Counted from the stretch's first letter, positions 25,421 through 34,992 are shown. The stretch: DNA of 64,000 nt from a virus (IMGVR_UViG_2841454579_000002:1-64000); one strand, 5' to 3'. A program made the numbers and translations. Notes: generated by a model not told the origin, from the sequence alone.

Positions 25421-26328
25421 TCGATTACCTCTTTGTCAGCGAACTCAATAATGGCCTTGCGGAACTTATTGCCTTGGGTATTAACGTGATAACCCTGCGA
25501 GTAAGTACGACCTCTTTTGTCGTATTTGTGGGTTAGCCAGAACCGGTTACCCAGTTGAATTAACTCACGGTATATGCCATAGGATTCCTTAACGAATGTG
25601 TTCCACTGGCGCTTAGTGTCATGGCTCATCTTCTCAGGGTTCTTAGGTGTTTCAGACAACTGCGTTAACAGTCTTTGATTCAGGCACAAAGGCACCTGAT
25701 TGAAGGTATTCAATGAGTCCAGACATATATCACCATCATGATATGTGCCTTTGCCAAGGATCATTGAAGACTTCTCTGTAAGCAGAGCATTATCGTAGTT
25801 GCTCATCACTTCATTAGGACTCACTACCATAGGTGGCAGATACTTTGTCCGGTTGATGTGATTCACTGTGGTTTCTTCAAGCTGAAGGTTATTTACTAAG
25901 TACCACTGTCCGTATTCTTCTTCCTGTATCAGGTCATAGAATCCGAACTCTGTAATCACAGCCATGATTTCAGCCGCGGTCTTAATACCATCTACTTTGT
26001 CGTCCATTCGCAGGACACCGGCAACCTGACCAAATACCTCAGTAAAAGGCTTTGGCTCAGTTATCTGGCATGTATGCACTAAGATACTCAATACAACATC
26101 ATCAAAATCGAGCCCTGCAAGCTGTGAGAGGCGATAATTCTTCTTAGGGAAGTAATCACCTTGTCTCCACTCATCAACAGCGTCAGCAGCGTCTGAGATA
26201 AGCTGAGCGATGTCTGGGTCTGATGTCAGATCCCTTACAATCACTTTCTCAATGGATTTCTTACTGAATGTCTTCTCGACATAACGCTGATGGTCTACTA
26301 AATCAATACGTGTATTCATCTGACTCAT
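25417..26328 (-). CDS. RNA polymerase II subunit 1 (N4 gp15-like)
   Basis: YLPPMVVSP and YDKRGRTYSQGYHVNTQG; start chosen from the GAGGA SD. Confidence 0.93.
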   Translation of the reverse strand: MSQMNTRIDLVDHQRYVEKTFSKKSIEKVIVRDLTSDPDIAQLISDAADAVDEWRQGDYFPKKNYRLSQLAGLDFDDVVLSILVHTCQITEPKPFTEVFGQVAGVLRMDDKVDGIKTAAEIMAVITEFGFYDLIQEEEYGQWYLVNNLQLEETTVNHINRTKYLPPMVVSPNEVMSNYDNALLTEKSSMILGKGTYHDGDICLDSLNTFNQVPLCLNQRLLTQLSETPKNPEKMSHDTKRQWNTFVKESYGIYRELIQLGNRFWLTHKYDKRGRTYSQGYHVNTQGNKFRKAIIEFADKEVIE

Positions 26329-26362
26329 CTGTCTCAATTCCTCTATTGGCGCAGCCATTACA

Positions 26363-26378
26363 GCCACCGAACGGTGGC
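26363..26378. promoter_or_regulatory. 16-bp palindrome, copy 4 of 4
   Basis: GCCACCG-AA-CGGTGGC, 35 bp upstream of RNAP1. Confidence 0.65.
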
Positions 26379-26429
26379 CTAAAAATCTCTCTGTCTCTCT
26401 CAAAAACAAAAGGGCCGAAGCCCTGATGT

Positions 26430-26558
26430 TTAAGCGAAGTTGAAATCACCACACTCGAAGTGAGACACAATAGACTCTTTATCTAAATCCTGTTCTAACT
26501 CATGGATAAACAGGGCCAGTTCTTCGTCAAACAGGTTAATTTCTTCAAATTCACACAT
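26430..26558 (-). CDS. Highly acidic early microprotein, 42 aa (not in track)
   Basis: GAGGA SD; MCEFEEINLFDEELALFIHELEQDLDKESIVSHFECGDFNFA. Confidence 0.7.
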   Translation of the reverse strand: MCEFEEINLFDEELALFIHELEQDLDKESIVSHFECGDFNFA

Positions 26559-26625
26559 ACTCTTTTCCTCATAGTTGTGTATTGGAATAACAGGCAACAT
26601 GCCCAGAACAGTGACTTGTCACTGA

Positions 26626-26715
26626 TTAAATGTGGGTGATTACCCATTGGCCGGCGATAAGACACGCACAGCCGAAGAACACAGTTAAGTGCCAGTCTTT
26701 AAGCTGAAATTTCAT
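26626..26715 (-). CDS. Hydrophobic early peptide, 29 aa (not in track)
   Basis: GGAG SD; MKFQLKDWHLTVFFGCACLIAGQWVITHI. Confidence 0.55.
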   Translation of the reverse strand: MKFQLKDWHLTVFFGCACLIAGQWVITHI

Positions 26716-26764
26716 TGGTACTCCAGATAGCAAAAAGGCTACCGAAGTAGCCTATTTAATGATG

Positions 26765-27055
26765 TTAAGCAGTCTGTTTCTGCTGGTCTTTAGACTTGAA
26801 TCCCAGACCAACCTGCTTATCTTCAACCAAGTTCAGATTGATTTTGAACTCAACATCACCTAACTGATCTTTTGCTTCAATGAGCAATGCGTGAATTTCA
26901 CGGCGCAGTGACAATGGAATGCCACCAATGCGTGAAGTGGAACCGTCAGCCAACACCACATCCACATTCAGAAATGCATCAGAACGATTAGTCTGAGCAC
27001 GTGATTGCAGTGGAGAAGCTGAACGAAGGTTTGCACGGTTTGCTAAAGTTGCCAT
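26765..27055 (-). CDS. N4 gp2-like ssDNA-binding activator of middle transcription
   Basis: AFLNV...IGGIPL pattern; early position behind a hairpin promoter; GAGGA SD at the 27055 start. Confidence 0.6.
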   Translation of the reverse strand: MATLANRANLRSASPLQSRAQTNRSDAFLNVDVVLADGSTSRIGGIPLSLRREIHALLIEAKDQLGDVEFKINLNLVEDKQVGLGFKSKDQQKQTA

Positions 27056-27111
27056 AGGTCTATTCCTCATAGTTGGCATTAATGTCGGATTAAGAGACCA
27101 TTCTCCGAATC

Positions 27112-27131
27112 CCACACTGGCAACTTGTTGC
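27112..27131 (-). promoter_or_regulatory. Putative vRNAP hairpin promoter Pe3
   Basis: Template CCAC-actg-GCAACTTGTTGC. Confidence 0.8.
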
Positions 27132-27281
27132 CCTAAAGTTCGGCCTGAAGAGAGGAAAAATTGAAATGTTTTGACAGGTGCTTAATACATCCATAGGCTG
27201 AGCGCCAGCGAAGCCCAGTGTAGTGTCTTGTTGTGTAATGTAAGTGTAGTTATAGAGATCTATATATAACTATACAGAGAG

Positions 27282-27326
27282 TATTTATATATAAATATTA
27301 AGGGTATATGGCGTAGCCATATACCC
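27282..27326. repeat. Adjacent palindromes in an AT-rich tract
   Basis: TATTTATATATAAATA (27282-27297) and GGGTATATGGC-GTA-GCCATATACCC (27302-27326). Confidence 0.75.
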
Positions 27327-27422
27327 GTTATATATTAAGTAATAGAGAGTAATAATTAAGTAAGTATTAATTACTTCATAGGTGCAATTTGAGAAAAAAT
27401 AAAGACTCCCGAAGGAGTCTTA

Positions 27423-27698
27423 TTAGTGAATGAGTACAGGACATTCAGGTTTTGGTGGTACTAATGGTGGACGGAAGTGACTTAGCGGACTAACCATAAA
27501 TCTACTACCATCTTCCCATGTATCACACGTATTCATGTCACCGTGGTAAGTGACACCCTGTTTGTCTGTGAACTCGAATGAGACAACCCCATCCTCATGT
27601 ACATAACAAATGGTAATGCGACTGAATAACTCTAAGTGACTACCACTTAATACGTTAGCTTCAAGCCACAATGCAATCTCAACAGATTGATCTTTCAT
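27423..27698 (-). CDS. Early hypothetical protein
   Basis: GAGGA SD; flanked by a hairpin promoter and a UUCG terminator. Confidence 0.7.
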   Translation of the reverse strand: MKDQSVEIALWLEANVLSGSHLELFSRITICYVHEDGVVSFEFTDKQGVTYHGDMNTCDTWEDGSRFMVSPLSHFRPPLVPPKPECPVLIH

Positions 27699-27742
27699 AA
27701 CCATTCCTCTTAGGTTATTAACAGATGCACACTATTGTACAT

Positions 27743-27762
27743 CCACTAAGGCAACTTGTTGC
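27743..27762 (-). promoter_or_regulatory. Putative vRNAP hairpin promoter Pe2
   Basis: Template CCAC-taag-GCAACTTGTTGC. Confidence 0.8.
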
Positions 27763-28027
27763 CAATGTATCGGTGATGTATCGGAATAGGGATAGAGATA
27801 GATAGGATACAGGTTATGGGAGTTATTCATTAATCACCTCATATTCCTAACCCTATCAATCCCTATAAGGAGATCTCAGTGAAGATGAGGCATTACCCTA
27901 GTTACAGACTGATGCTGTCACAGAGGCTTACAGGACGTAATAAAGAGTAATACAGAAAGCTGTCTTAGCACTGAGTGTAGAGTGTAGTGAGTGTAGGAGA
28001 ATTAAAGGGAGCCGAAGCTCCCGATGA

Positions 28028-28315
28028 TTAGTTCATTAACTGAGGTAGGACAGTATCAACCTCATAGTCAGAGATTTCCTGTTCCTTACGTTGTGACATG
28101 CGTTTGTTCAACGCTTCAATACGGCGTTCAGTTTCATACTTGTTGAACTTACGGCGAACTTCACGTTCACTGTTACGGTTCTCAGTATGAGCGTCCAAGT
28201 CTTTGTAGAAGGACTGAGTATAACCATCCACTGATTTAGTACCTTGGTCCAAGTTACGCAGGATACGTAATACGATGGTGAATGGTGCTAACAGGGTTTG
28301 TAGGATAACTTGCAT
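28028..28315 (-). CDS. First early gene (gp1 position)
   Basis: 95 aa; GAGGA SD; UUCG terminator at 28005-28023. Confidence 0.75.
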   Translation of the reverse strand: MQVILQTLLAPFTIVLRILRNLDQGTKSVDGYTQSFYKDLDAHTENRNSEREVRRKFNKYETERRIEALNKRMSQRKEQEISDYEVDTVLPQLMN

Positions 28316-28346
28316 GGTAGATTCCTCTATAGTTGTGGGCTTATTC

Positions 28347-28366
28347 CCACGGTAGCAACTTGTTGC
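28347..28366 (-). promoter_or_regulatory. Putative vRNAP hairpin promoter Pe1
   Basis: Template CCAC-ggta-GCAACTTGTTGC. Confidence 0.8.
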
Positions 28367-28553
28367 AGGATTTGAGTGTAGGGGGGGTGGTTCCGAGTTT
28401 ACGAGGAATTACAGGGAGTAATGTACCCGTACTAATTTTTTAAAATTTTGAAAAAGTTTCGACTGTGTTAAAGTGGGATTCCCTTCAGGTCTTCAGTACC
28501 TGATACCACGCAAGACATTTGCACTCCCTCAATCCCTCCAAAGTATTCCTGCC

Positions 28554-29249
28554 ATGACAATTCTATCAGTCGATGAAGTGAAGGCGGCATTGCCGGCTAA
28601 CTTTAAGAAGTCTATTAATCAGGAACTCATTGATGGTATTAATCAGACCATTAGTGATCCTGAAATGTATGAGCAGTACAGGGATAACTTAGTCAGTTAT
28701 TCTCATGTTCTGCAGAACGGTAAGTTTAAAGTTACGCAGTACCTTGATGCGGTTATGTATGTCAGTTACAAACTGATGGGCCATACGAACATTAAGTCAT
28801 ACACGCTAACGTTCCCCGATAAGATTGACCGGTTTAATGCACAAGGTGTTTCCAGTAAGGACATTGCCAGTTACGTAACTGCGTATAACAAATCCAAACT
28901 GGTTAACTTAATCCTTGAGCAGACACTGGTTCCCACCTGGGTTCTAAACCAGGATTTATATCAGAAAGCCCTTAATGTACAGGCCGAGTTAATGATGACT
29001 GCTCAGTCTGAGAAGGTGCGCTCTGATGCTGCGAACAGCATCCTCACGCAACTCAAACAACCTGAAACCCAGAAGATACAGTTGGATGTTGGTGTTAAGG
29101 AAGACAGTATGCTTGAGCAGCTTAAACGCCATACGGCGGAACTGGTTGCACAGCAGCGTACGTTAATCCAGTCAGGGCATTCCTCTGCACAGGAAGTGGC
29201 GCACAGCAAGATCATACAGGCCGAGTACAGCGAGGTGCCTGATGAATAA
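28554..29249 (+). CDS. Putative terminase small subunit (N4 gp69-like)
   Basis: YLDAVMYVSYKLMG, YNKSKLVN, SEKVRSDAANS; directly upstream of TerL. Confidence 0.8.
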   Translation: MTILSVDEVKAALPANFKKSINQELIDGINQTISDPEMYEQYRDNLVSYSHVLQNGKFKVTQYLDAVMYVSYKLMGHTNIKSYTLTFPDKIDRFNAQGVSSKDIASYVTAYNKSKLVNLILEQTLVPTWVLNQDLYQKALNVQAELMMTAQSEKVRSDAANSILTQLKQPETQKIQLDVGVKEDSMLEQLKRHTAELVAQQRTLIQSGHSSAQEVAHSKIIQAEYSEVPDE

Positions 29250-30849
29250 GCTGACCCTTGAAGAGGACGGGCCACCGTCCGTAGAGGAACACCTGTCCTC
29301 TGTTATTTATGGTATCGACCCGCGCTACACCCCCTCTGATTTCGCCCTCGAATTTGTCTCATTCATCAAACTGGTAAACGGTGCTGATGGTGAGGAGAAC
29401 TTAACCCCGCTGGTTCACTACCGTATGTTAGATACGGTCACCCGTGGCGGTACACGCATTACTAACCTGTGTCACCGTGGTATTGCGAAGACGACAGTGA
29501 TGGGTGAGTACCTGTTCCTGTATATCGCTGTGTATGGTGAACTTCCTGGCTTCGGTAAAGTGGACCTGGCTTTGTATGTCTCTGACAGCATCGACAACGG
29601 TGTGAAGAACATGCGTAAGAACCTTGAGTTCCGCTGGGAGAACAGTGATTTCCTTCGTGAGTTCATCCCGACTATCCGTTTCACGGATATCCGGTGGGAG
29701 TTCCAGAACATTGACGGTAAGAAGTTTATCGTTAAAGGGTATGGTGCCAAGACCGGCGTACGGGGTGCGAAGGAACTGGGTAAGCGGCCGCAGCTGGCGG
29801 TGCTTGATGACTTGTTTTCGGATGAAGATGCTAAATCACCCACGGTGATTGAGAACGTTGAAGCGACTGTCTACAAGGCTGTTAACTTCGCACTGCACCC
29901 AAGCCAGAATATGATTATCTGGTCCGGTACGCCGTTTAATGCCAAAGATCCTTTGTACAAGGCCGTTGAGTCCGGTGCATGGGAAGTTAACGTATTTCCG
30001 GTGTGTGAGCGTTTCCCTTGTACCCGTGAAGAGTTTAAGGGTTCATGGCCTGACCGTTTCACCTACGACTACGTGCTTGAGCAGTATGAGAACGCTGTGA
30101 AGCTGGGTAAGGTGGATACGTTCAACCAGGAACTGATGCTCAGGATCATGAGTGACGATGACAGGTTGATTCTGGACACCGATATACGCTGGTACCGCCG
30201 TAATCACCTGATTGCCAACCAGCACCTGTATAACTTCTATATCACCACTGACTTTGCGACCTCAGAACGGGCCAGTGCCGACTATTCTGTCATTTCCGTG
30301 TGGGCCTATAACTACAATGGTGACTGGTTCTGGGTAGATGGTATCTGTAAGCGCCAGCTGATGGACGCCAACATCAATGATTTATTCAGATTGGCTCAGA
30401 AATGGCGGCCACAGTCGGTGGGCGTGGAAGTATCCGGACAGCAGGGCGGTTTTGTTACTTGGATCCAAGAGCAAATGATGGTCAGGAACAACCTTTTCAC
30501 CCTGGCTTCAGAGAACAATAACGGAAAACCTGGTATTCGACCTGTAACGAAGAAGTTTGAGCGGTTTCAGACCGTGCTTCCGATGTTCAAAATGGGTAAA
30601 ATGTACTTTCCGGTTGAAGACCGTGATACGCCGGTACTCCGCGAAGCCTTAGATGAACTCACACTGGCTTCCAAAAGCGGTTTCAAGTCTAAACATGACG
30701 ACTTTATTGATACCGTATCCATGCTGCCGGTAATGAACGCATGGAAACCCTCGCAAGAAACTCACTACAGCCATGATTTTGAGCGTGATATCTGGGATGA
30801 CGCACCAGAACACGATGACAATGACCGGTTGGCCTCTTACATCGTATAA
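29242..30849 (+). CDS. terL: Terminase large subunit
   Basis: HRGIAKTT, VLDD, GTP, TTDFA, HDDFID. Confidence 0.95.
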   Translation: MNKLTLEEDGPPSVEEHLSSVIYGIDPRYTPSDFALEFVSFIKLVNGADGEENLTPLVHYRMLDTVTRGGTRITNLCHRGIAKTTVMGEYLFLYIAVYGELPGFGKVDLALYVSDSIDNGVKNMRKNLEFRWENSDFLREFIPTIRFTDIRWEFQNIDGKKFIVKGYGAKTGVRGAKELGKRPQLAVLDDLFSDEDAKSPTVIENVEATVYKAVNFALHPSQNMIIWSGTPFNAKDPLYKAVESGAWEVNVFPVCERFPCTREEFKGSWPDRFTYDYVLEQYENAVKLGKVDTFNQELMLRIMSDDDRLILDTDIRWYRRNHLIANQHLYNFYITTDFATSERASADYSVISVWAYNYNGDWFWVDGICKRQLMDANINDLFRLAQKWRPQSVGVEVSGQQGGFVTWIQEQMMVRNNLFTLASENNNGKPGIRPVTKKFERFQTVLPMFKMGKMYFPVEDRDTPVLREALDELTLASKSGFKSKHDDFIDTVSMLPVMNAWKPSQETHYSHDFERDIWDDAPEHDDNDRLASYIV

Positions 30850-30866
30850 CCCGCCAAGGAAACTAC

Positions 30867-31577
30867 ATGTTACTTTCCGATTTCTTTGATCACCTGTCGT
30901 ATGGTGACCTTGCACAGTACAAATTAGGTACTGATGATGCGGGGTACATCAGCGAAGCTGATTACCCCAAGATAGTCTCGTTTATTAACCGCGGATTATC
31001 CCGACTGCACACACGATTGCCGTTAAAGCACGGCCAGATCTTGATGCAGACCACACTTAACCAGAAAACGTATAAATTAGTCAGTACGTTTGCTGCTTCT
31101 ACTGCACCAGACGTTGCTGACGGAGTGAATCGCTTTATACTGGACCACGAATCACCCTTCAAAGACGACATCATCACTGTTGAGAAGGTACAGAGTCAGT
31201 CCGGCTTTGAGTTTCCGATGAATGATGCGTCTGAAGACCTTACTGTACTGACTCCCAGCTACAACACCCTGCAGTTCTCCCAACCCAAGGATGAAATTGT
31301 GGCGGTCATGTACCGCGCACAACATCCACTGCTACCGAACGGCCCTGACATCGATCCTGCGGCGATTTCACTGGACATCCCTGACTTCTGCATAGATGCC
31401 CTGGGTTACTTCTGTGTACACCGTCTGCTTAGTTCAGGGGCCAATGCCGAAGCCATTCAGGAATCCAACGCTTTCTTGCAGAAATTCATGATGGAAGTTG
31501 AGGAAATCAAGTCACTCGGGTTACTGAATCCGGATATCAACTCAAGCCAGCGCATCTGGCGGGACGGATGGGTATAA
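30867..31577 (+). CDS. Virion head-tail adaptor (N4 gp67-like)
   Basis: Synteny; FINRGLSRLHTR; C-terminal GWV. Confidence 0.75.
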   Translation: MLLSDFFDHLSYGDLAQYKLGTDDAGYISEADYPKIVSFINRGLSRLHTRLPLKHGQILMQTTLNQKTYKLVSTFAASTAPDVADGVNRFILDHESPFKDDIITVEKVQSQSGFEFPMNDASEDLTVLTPSYNTLQFSQPKDEIVAVMYRAQHPLLPNGPDIDPAAISLDIPDFCIDALGYFCVHRLLSSGANAEAIQESNAFLQKFMMEVEEIKSLGLLNPDINSSQRIWRDGWV

Positions 31578-31578
31578 C

Positions 31579-34422
31579 ATGAAAAGAAGTTTAGTATCTT
31601 CAATGGTACGCAGCATGCTACGACCCCTTTCCGGATACGGGCTTGGGCCACTTTTACAGTCACGTTATTTCACCCAGTTTGATGACGTTGCACAGACGTA
31701 TATCCAGTTATCTGAAGATATCAATCTGGATAACGAATTTGAACTTGAATGGTGGGCCACAATCCCTGATGACGGTTCGTACATGCTGGCCGATAACAAG
31801 AACGCTAACGGTAACAGCCGGTTTGTTATCAACGGTGCAACTGACCGCACAGTATACGGGTTTGGTTTCTCCGGTTTCGCTACCGGTATCCAGCGGTACG
31901 CAGAGGATAAACACAAATTCTATAAGTTCAACATACGCCGGTTCGATGATGTATTGCGGCTGATGATTGATGATAAGCTGATCGGCGAGAATACCAACAA
32001 CGGCTTTGTCATTAACAGTATCGGCTCACAATACAACGGTTCAACAGGTGTTGAGTTCCATTCGGGTTTCTTAGTCAATCTGAAGATTTGGGTTAACGGT
32101 GACAGGGATACCGGTGAACTGAAGGTAGATATGCCTATCGACCGCCGTATTGACCGCCCTTACGTAATGAATCATGCGGCCAAATCAACATTAGCACTTG
32201 TTCCAGATACCCAGTATGTGTCCCTTAGTGGCGACCAAGGCGATGCCGTGATTGAGAATGGTATCGCTAAAGGGTCACTGGAACCTGCTACTACATGGCG
32301 CGTGGGTTACGCCCAGAATGGTGTACTGGAATCTGGTAACACCTACATTGTCACGGTTCGTGCGCGTTCCACACAACCAGCGCATGTCTACGCACAGTCT
32401 TACACGTCCACTGACCGTGTACTGCAAAATATCCAGCCCGGAGATTGGCGCACGGTAACTTTGGTCTTAGTTCCTGAATCCACACGATTATTTGTCTGCG
32501 TAGAAAACAAATCACAGGAAGGACAGGTACTTGAGTTCGATGTGAATGCATTAACCGTGGTTAAGATGAGTCAGCCGGTTGGTCTTCCCGTTAACTTCAG
32601 CGGTACTGAGTCCCGCCGGTACGACTTTGAAAACGGTGAATGGATTTCCGGTAACTTACTGGACAATGGCAGCTTCACTTATGGTATGGAAGCATGGGGA
32701 GTGACCGGCGATGGTTGGTCTTTTGAGAATGGTGTAGCCTCTCGTGACGGCAATGCCACAAACTCAGGCATTCACCAGTTCGGAATCTTTGAAGCCCGTC
32801 ACACCTACGATGTTTCATTTGATGTTACTGGCCGGTCAGCCGGTACGGTAGGTACATACATTGGTCAAGGCGAACAGAACTTAGGTTTCTTTTCCAGTAA
32901 TTTCGGTAAAGCAACATACCGCACCGTATCCACAGCACCATCGGATAAGTTACTGCTTAATGGCGTTTCAGGCTGGGATGGTACGGTTGATAACGTAGTT
33001 GTAAGGGAAGTTCAACAAGAACTTTACCTTGCGCCGCTTGAACGCTACATCACACGTTTTGATAGCGTAAGCAACGGGTATGTCAGAACGTCTGACAGGA
33101 TCAACGTAGGTACGGCCTTTGCCGTTGAATGCGTGTTTGCTACGGAAACAGACGGTGACTTCCTGCTTTCCCTGTATAACGCTGATTCCGCAACCCGATT
33201 ACATTTCCGGTTACAGGGCGGCGGGGTAGCTAAACTCTTATCAGACGGTGTTACGCCAGGTCAGGGCGAACGCAGCATTAATGATGGACGTGCACACCGA
33301 ATGAAAGTCGTATTCGCTGATGATGCTACTTACTCGGTATATGTGGACGGTGCACTGGAATATACCGGTACTCACGCTGACCCTGCCAGATACCAGAACG
33401 CTGACTTCAGCGTCCTTGTAGGCGGTTACAAGACGCAAGACAGCTATCCTACTGATTCTTACAACTGCCGTGTGTGGGATTTGAAAGTATGGACTGGCGG
33501 TGACGAAAGTACGGGGACGCTTGTGCTGGACATGCCGCTTGATAAGCCATTTGGATCCAAACAGGTAAACTTTGCCGAGAACACAGCAGCTACACTTACT
33601 GACATTGACCCGTCTTTCTATGTCGCTTCGCCTGATGATGGTGAATTAGTCTGGGCCACTAACTACAATAACGCGCCTGACGGTTTCACAATCACACCGC
33701 TGACTAACAGTTCATTTGGGGTTCACACTAATGAACTGCAAGTGGATAAGACCTATATAGTATCTTTCGATCTTGAAAGGCTAGATGAGGGTACAGTTCT
33801 TTTCCTGCAATGCTGGAAAGATAACTGGAACTCTACAGAGCAGAGTAACATAACCGTTGACACTGCCAGCGTAGGAAAACGATGCGAAATCGTTGTCTAC
33901 GATACAGAACGATTACGATTCCGCCTGGGTAGTTCCGGTTACACAGGAACAGTAAAAAACATCAAGATTCAGGAAGTCACCTCCGGTGTTTACGGAGTAC
34001 CAATTAACATCGTTGAGGCTGACAGTAAGCACTTCACGTTCGAGCCTTTCTACGGATGGTTAGGGGATGACCTAATCACACAGGAAATCTGGGAAGTACC
34101 TGCCAGTGCACCTGCCATCTTCAGTTTTGATACTGCTACCAACGAATGGGTGATGACTGGCGATAACAGTTATCAGTCGCTGGCTCTCATTAACGGTACT
34201 ACGCAGCCGGTCCTTATGCTCATCGGTGGTAACGTTTCTGAAATTGACGGTGATGGGCTTGCCTATGCCGCTAATGGCGGCGGCGCAATTCGCACTACAG
34301 GTAATTACAAAGTCGTTTTCGATAAGAACGTTCAGAACTTTCAGGGCTACAAGCGTAGCGCAGGCTACGTAAACGCCCGAATCGGTAAACCCTACTTCCG
34401 CGAAATCATTGAGGTTATATAA
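31579..34422 (+). CDS. Multi-domain LamG / carbohydrate-binding virion protein
   Basis: Beta-rich; duplicated module RYFTQFD...LKIWVNGD..TGEL.VDMP.D and RYITRFD...LKVWTGGD..TGTL.LDMP.D. Confidence 0.7.
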   Translation: MKRSLVSSMVRSMLRPLSGYGLGPLLQSRYFTQFDDVAQTYIQLSEDINLDNEFELEWWATIPDDGSYMLADNKNANGNSRFVINGATDRTVYGFGFSGFATGIQRYAEDKHKFYKFNIRRFDDVLRLMIDDKLIGENTNNGFVINSIGSQYNGSTGVEFHSGFLVNLKIWVNGDRDTGELKVDMPIDRRIDRPYVMNHAAKSTLALVPDTQYVSLSGDQGDAVIENGIAKGSLEPATTWRVGYAQNGVLESGNTYIVTVRARSTQPAHVYAQSYTSTDRVLQNIQPGDWRTVTLVLVPESTRLFVCVENKSQEGQVLEFDVNALTVVKMSQPVGLPVNFSGTESRRYDFENGEWISGNLLDNGSFTYGMEAWGVTGDGWSFENGVASRDGNATNSGIHQFGIFEARHTYDVSFDVTGRSAGTVGTYIGQGEQNLGFFSSNFGKATYRTVSTAPSDKLLLNGVSGWDGTVDNVVVREVQQELYLAPLERYITRFDSVSNGYVRTSDRINVGTAFAVECVFATETDGDFLLSLYNADSATRLHFRLQGGGVAKLLSDGVTPGQGERSINDGRAHRMKVVFADDATYSVYVDGALEYTGTHADPARYQNADFSVLVGGYKTQDSYPTDSYNCRVWDLKVWTGGDESTGTLVLDMPLDKPFGSKQVNFAENTAATLTDIDPSFYVASPDDGELVWATNYNNAPDGFTITPLTNSSFGVHTNELQVDKTYIVSFDLERLDEGTVLFLQCWKDNWNSTEQSNITVDTASVGKRCEIVVYDTERLRFRLGSSGYTGTVKNIKIQEVTSGVYGVPINIVEADSKHFTFEPFYGWLGDDLITQEIWEVPASAPAIFSFDTATNEWVMTGDNSYQSLALINGTTQPVLMLIGGNVSEIDGDGLAYAANGGGAIRTTGNYKVVFDKNVQNFQGYKRSAGYVNARIGKPYFREIIEVI

Positions 34423-34763
34423 TGAAACTCTACGCCGCTTATTCAAAAGCAGTACAAACCGATCAGCGCGATGCCCTGATTGAAGCCTATCCACATGCCG
34501 CAGTCTACGGGGAACACTACCTGTTCCCCTGTTCGTACGAACAGCTGACCGGTGAAACCAATCCCAACACAGTAGACCTCACCGGCAAACGTCTGGTTGA
34601 GGAAATTGAGACTGAACACGATATGACGTTTGCTGAATTTGATGCTTTGTGTGATCAGATGCTGGCAGACGAAACGGGCCGCGAAGTACTCCTGTCAGTA
34701 CAGCAAGGCCGCTACTTAAAAGAAACCCGATTCACTACCGAGGAGCAAACCGATGTTGCTTAA
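34422..34763 (+). CDS. Hypothetical protein, tail module
   Basis: 113 aa; coupled. Confidence 0.7.
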   Translation: MKLYAAYSKAVQTDQRDALIEAYPHAAVYGEHYLFPCSYEQLTGETNPNTVDLTGKRLVEEIETEHDMTFAEFDALCDQMLADETGREVLLSVQQGRYLKETRFTTEEQTDVA

Positions 34764-34992
34764 CACTAACAACCAAGAAATTACCCTGGTCGGAGGAACC
34801 TACGTAGTAGGTGCCGACCTCGCCGGCGGGACACTGGACCTGCAATTCCAGTACGAACGGGGAACCAAATGGTACTCTGTCGGAGAACTGGAAGACGGCA
34901 AAGGCCAGCTTGTTGAAATCCCTGGCTTTAAGTCAAAAGTCCGTATTGTCAAAACCGGTTCTGCATCACTTGAATTAGCGCAGGCCATGTAA
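34753..34992 (+). CDS. Small beta-rich virion protein
   Basis: 79 aa; GAGGAG SD. Confidence 0.7.
   Translation: MLLNTNNQEITLVGGTYVVGADLAGGTLDLQFQYERGTKWYSVGELEDGKGQLVEIPGFKSKVRIVKTGSASLELAQAM

Noticed and set aside
1994-25451. Numerous + strand ORFs of 60-160 aa in the left arm, and equivalent minus-strand ORFs in the right arm
   Set aside because: They overlap well-supported genes on the opposite strand and show no recognisable motifs.
26593-26603. GGCAACATGCC as a fourth early hairpin promoter
   Set aside because: Only a 4-bp stem, a different loop and no CCAC start motif.
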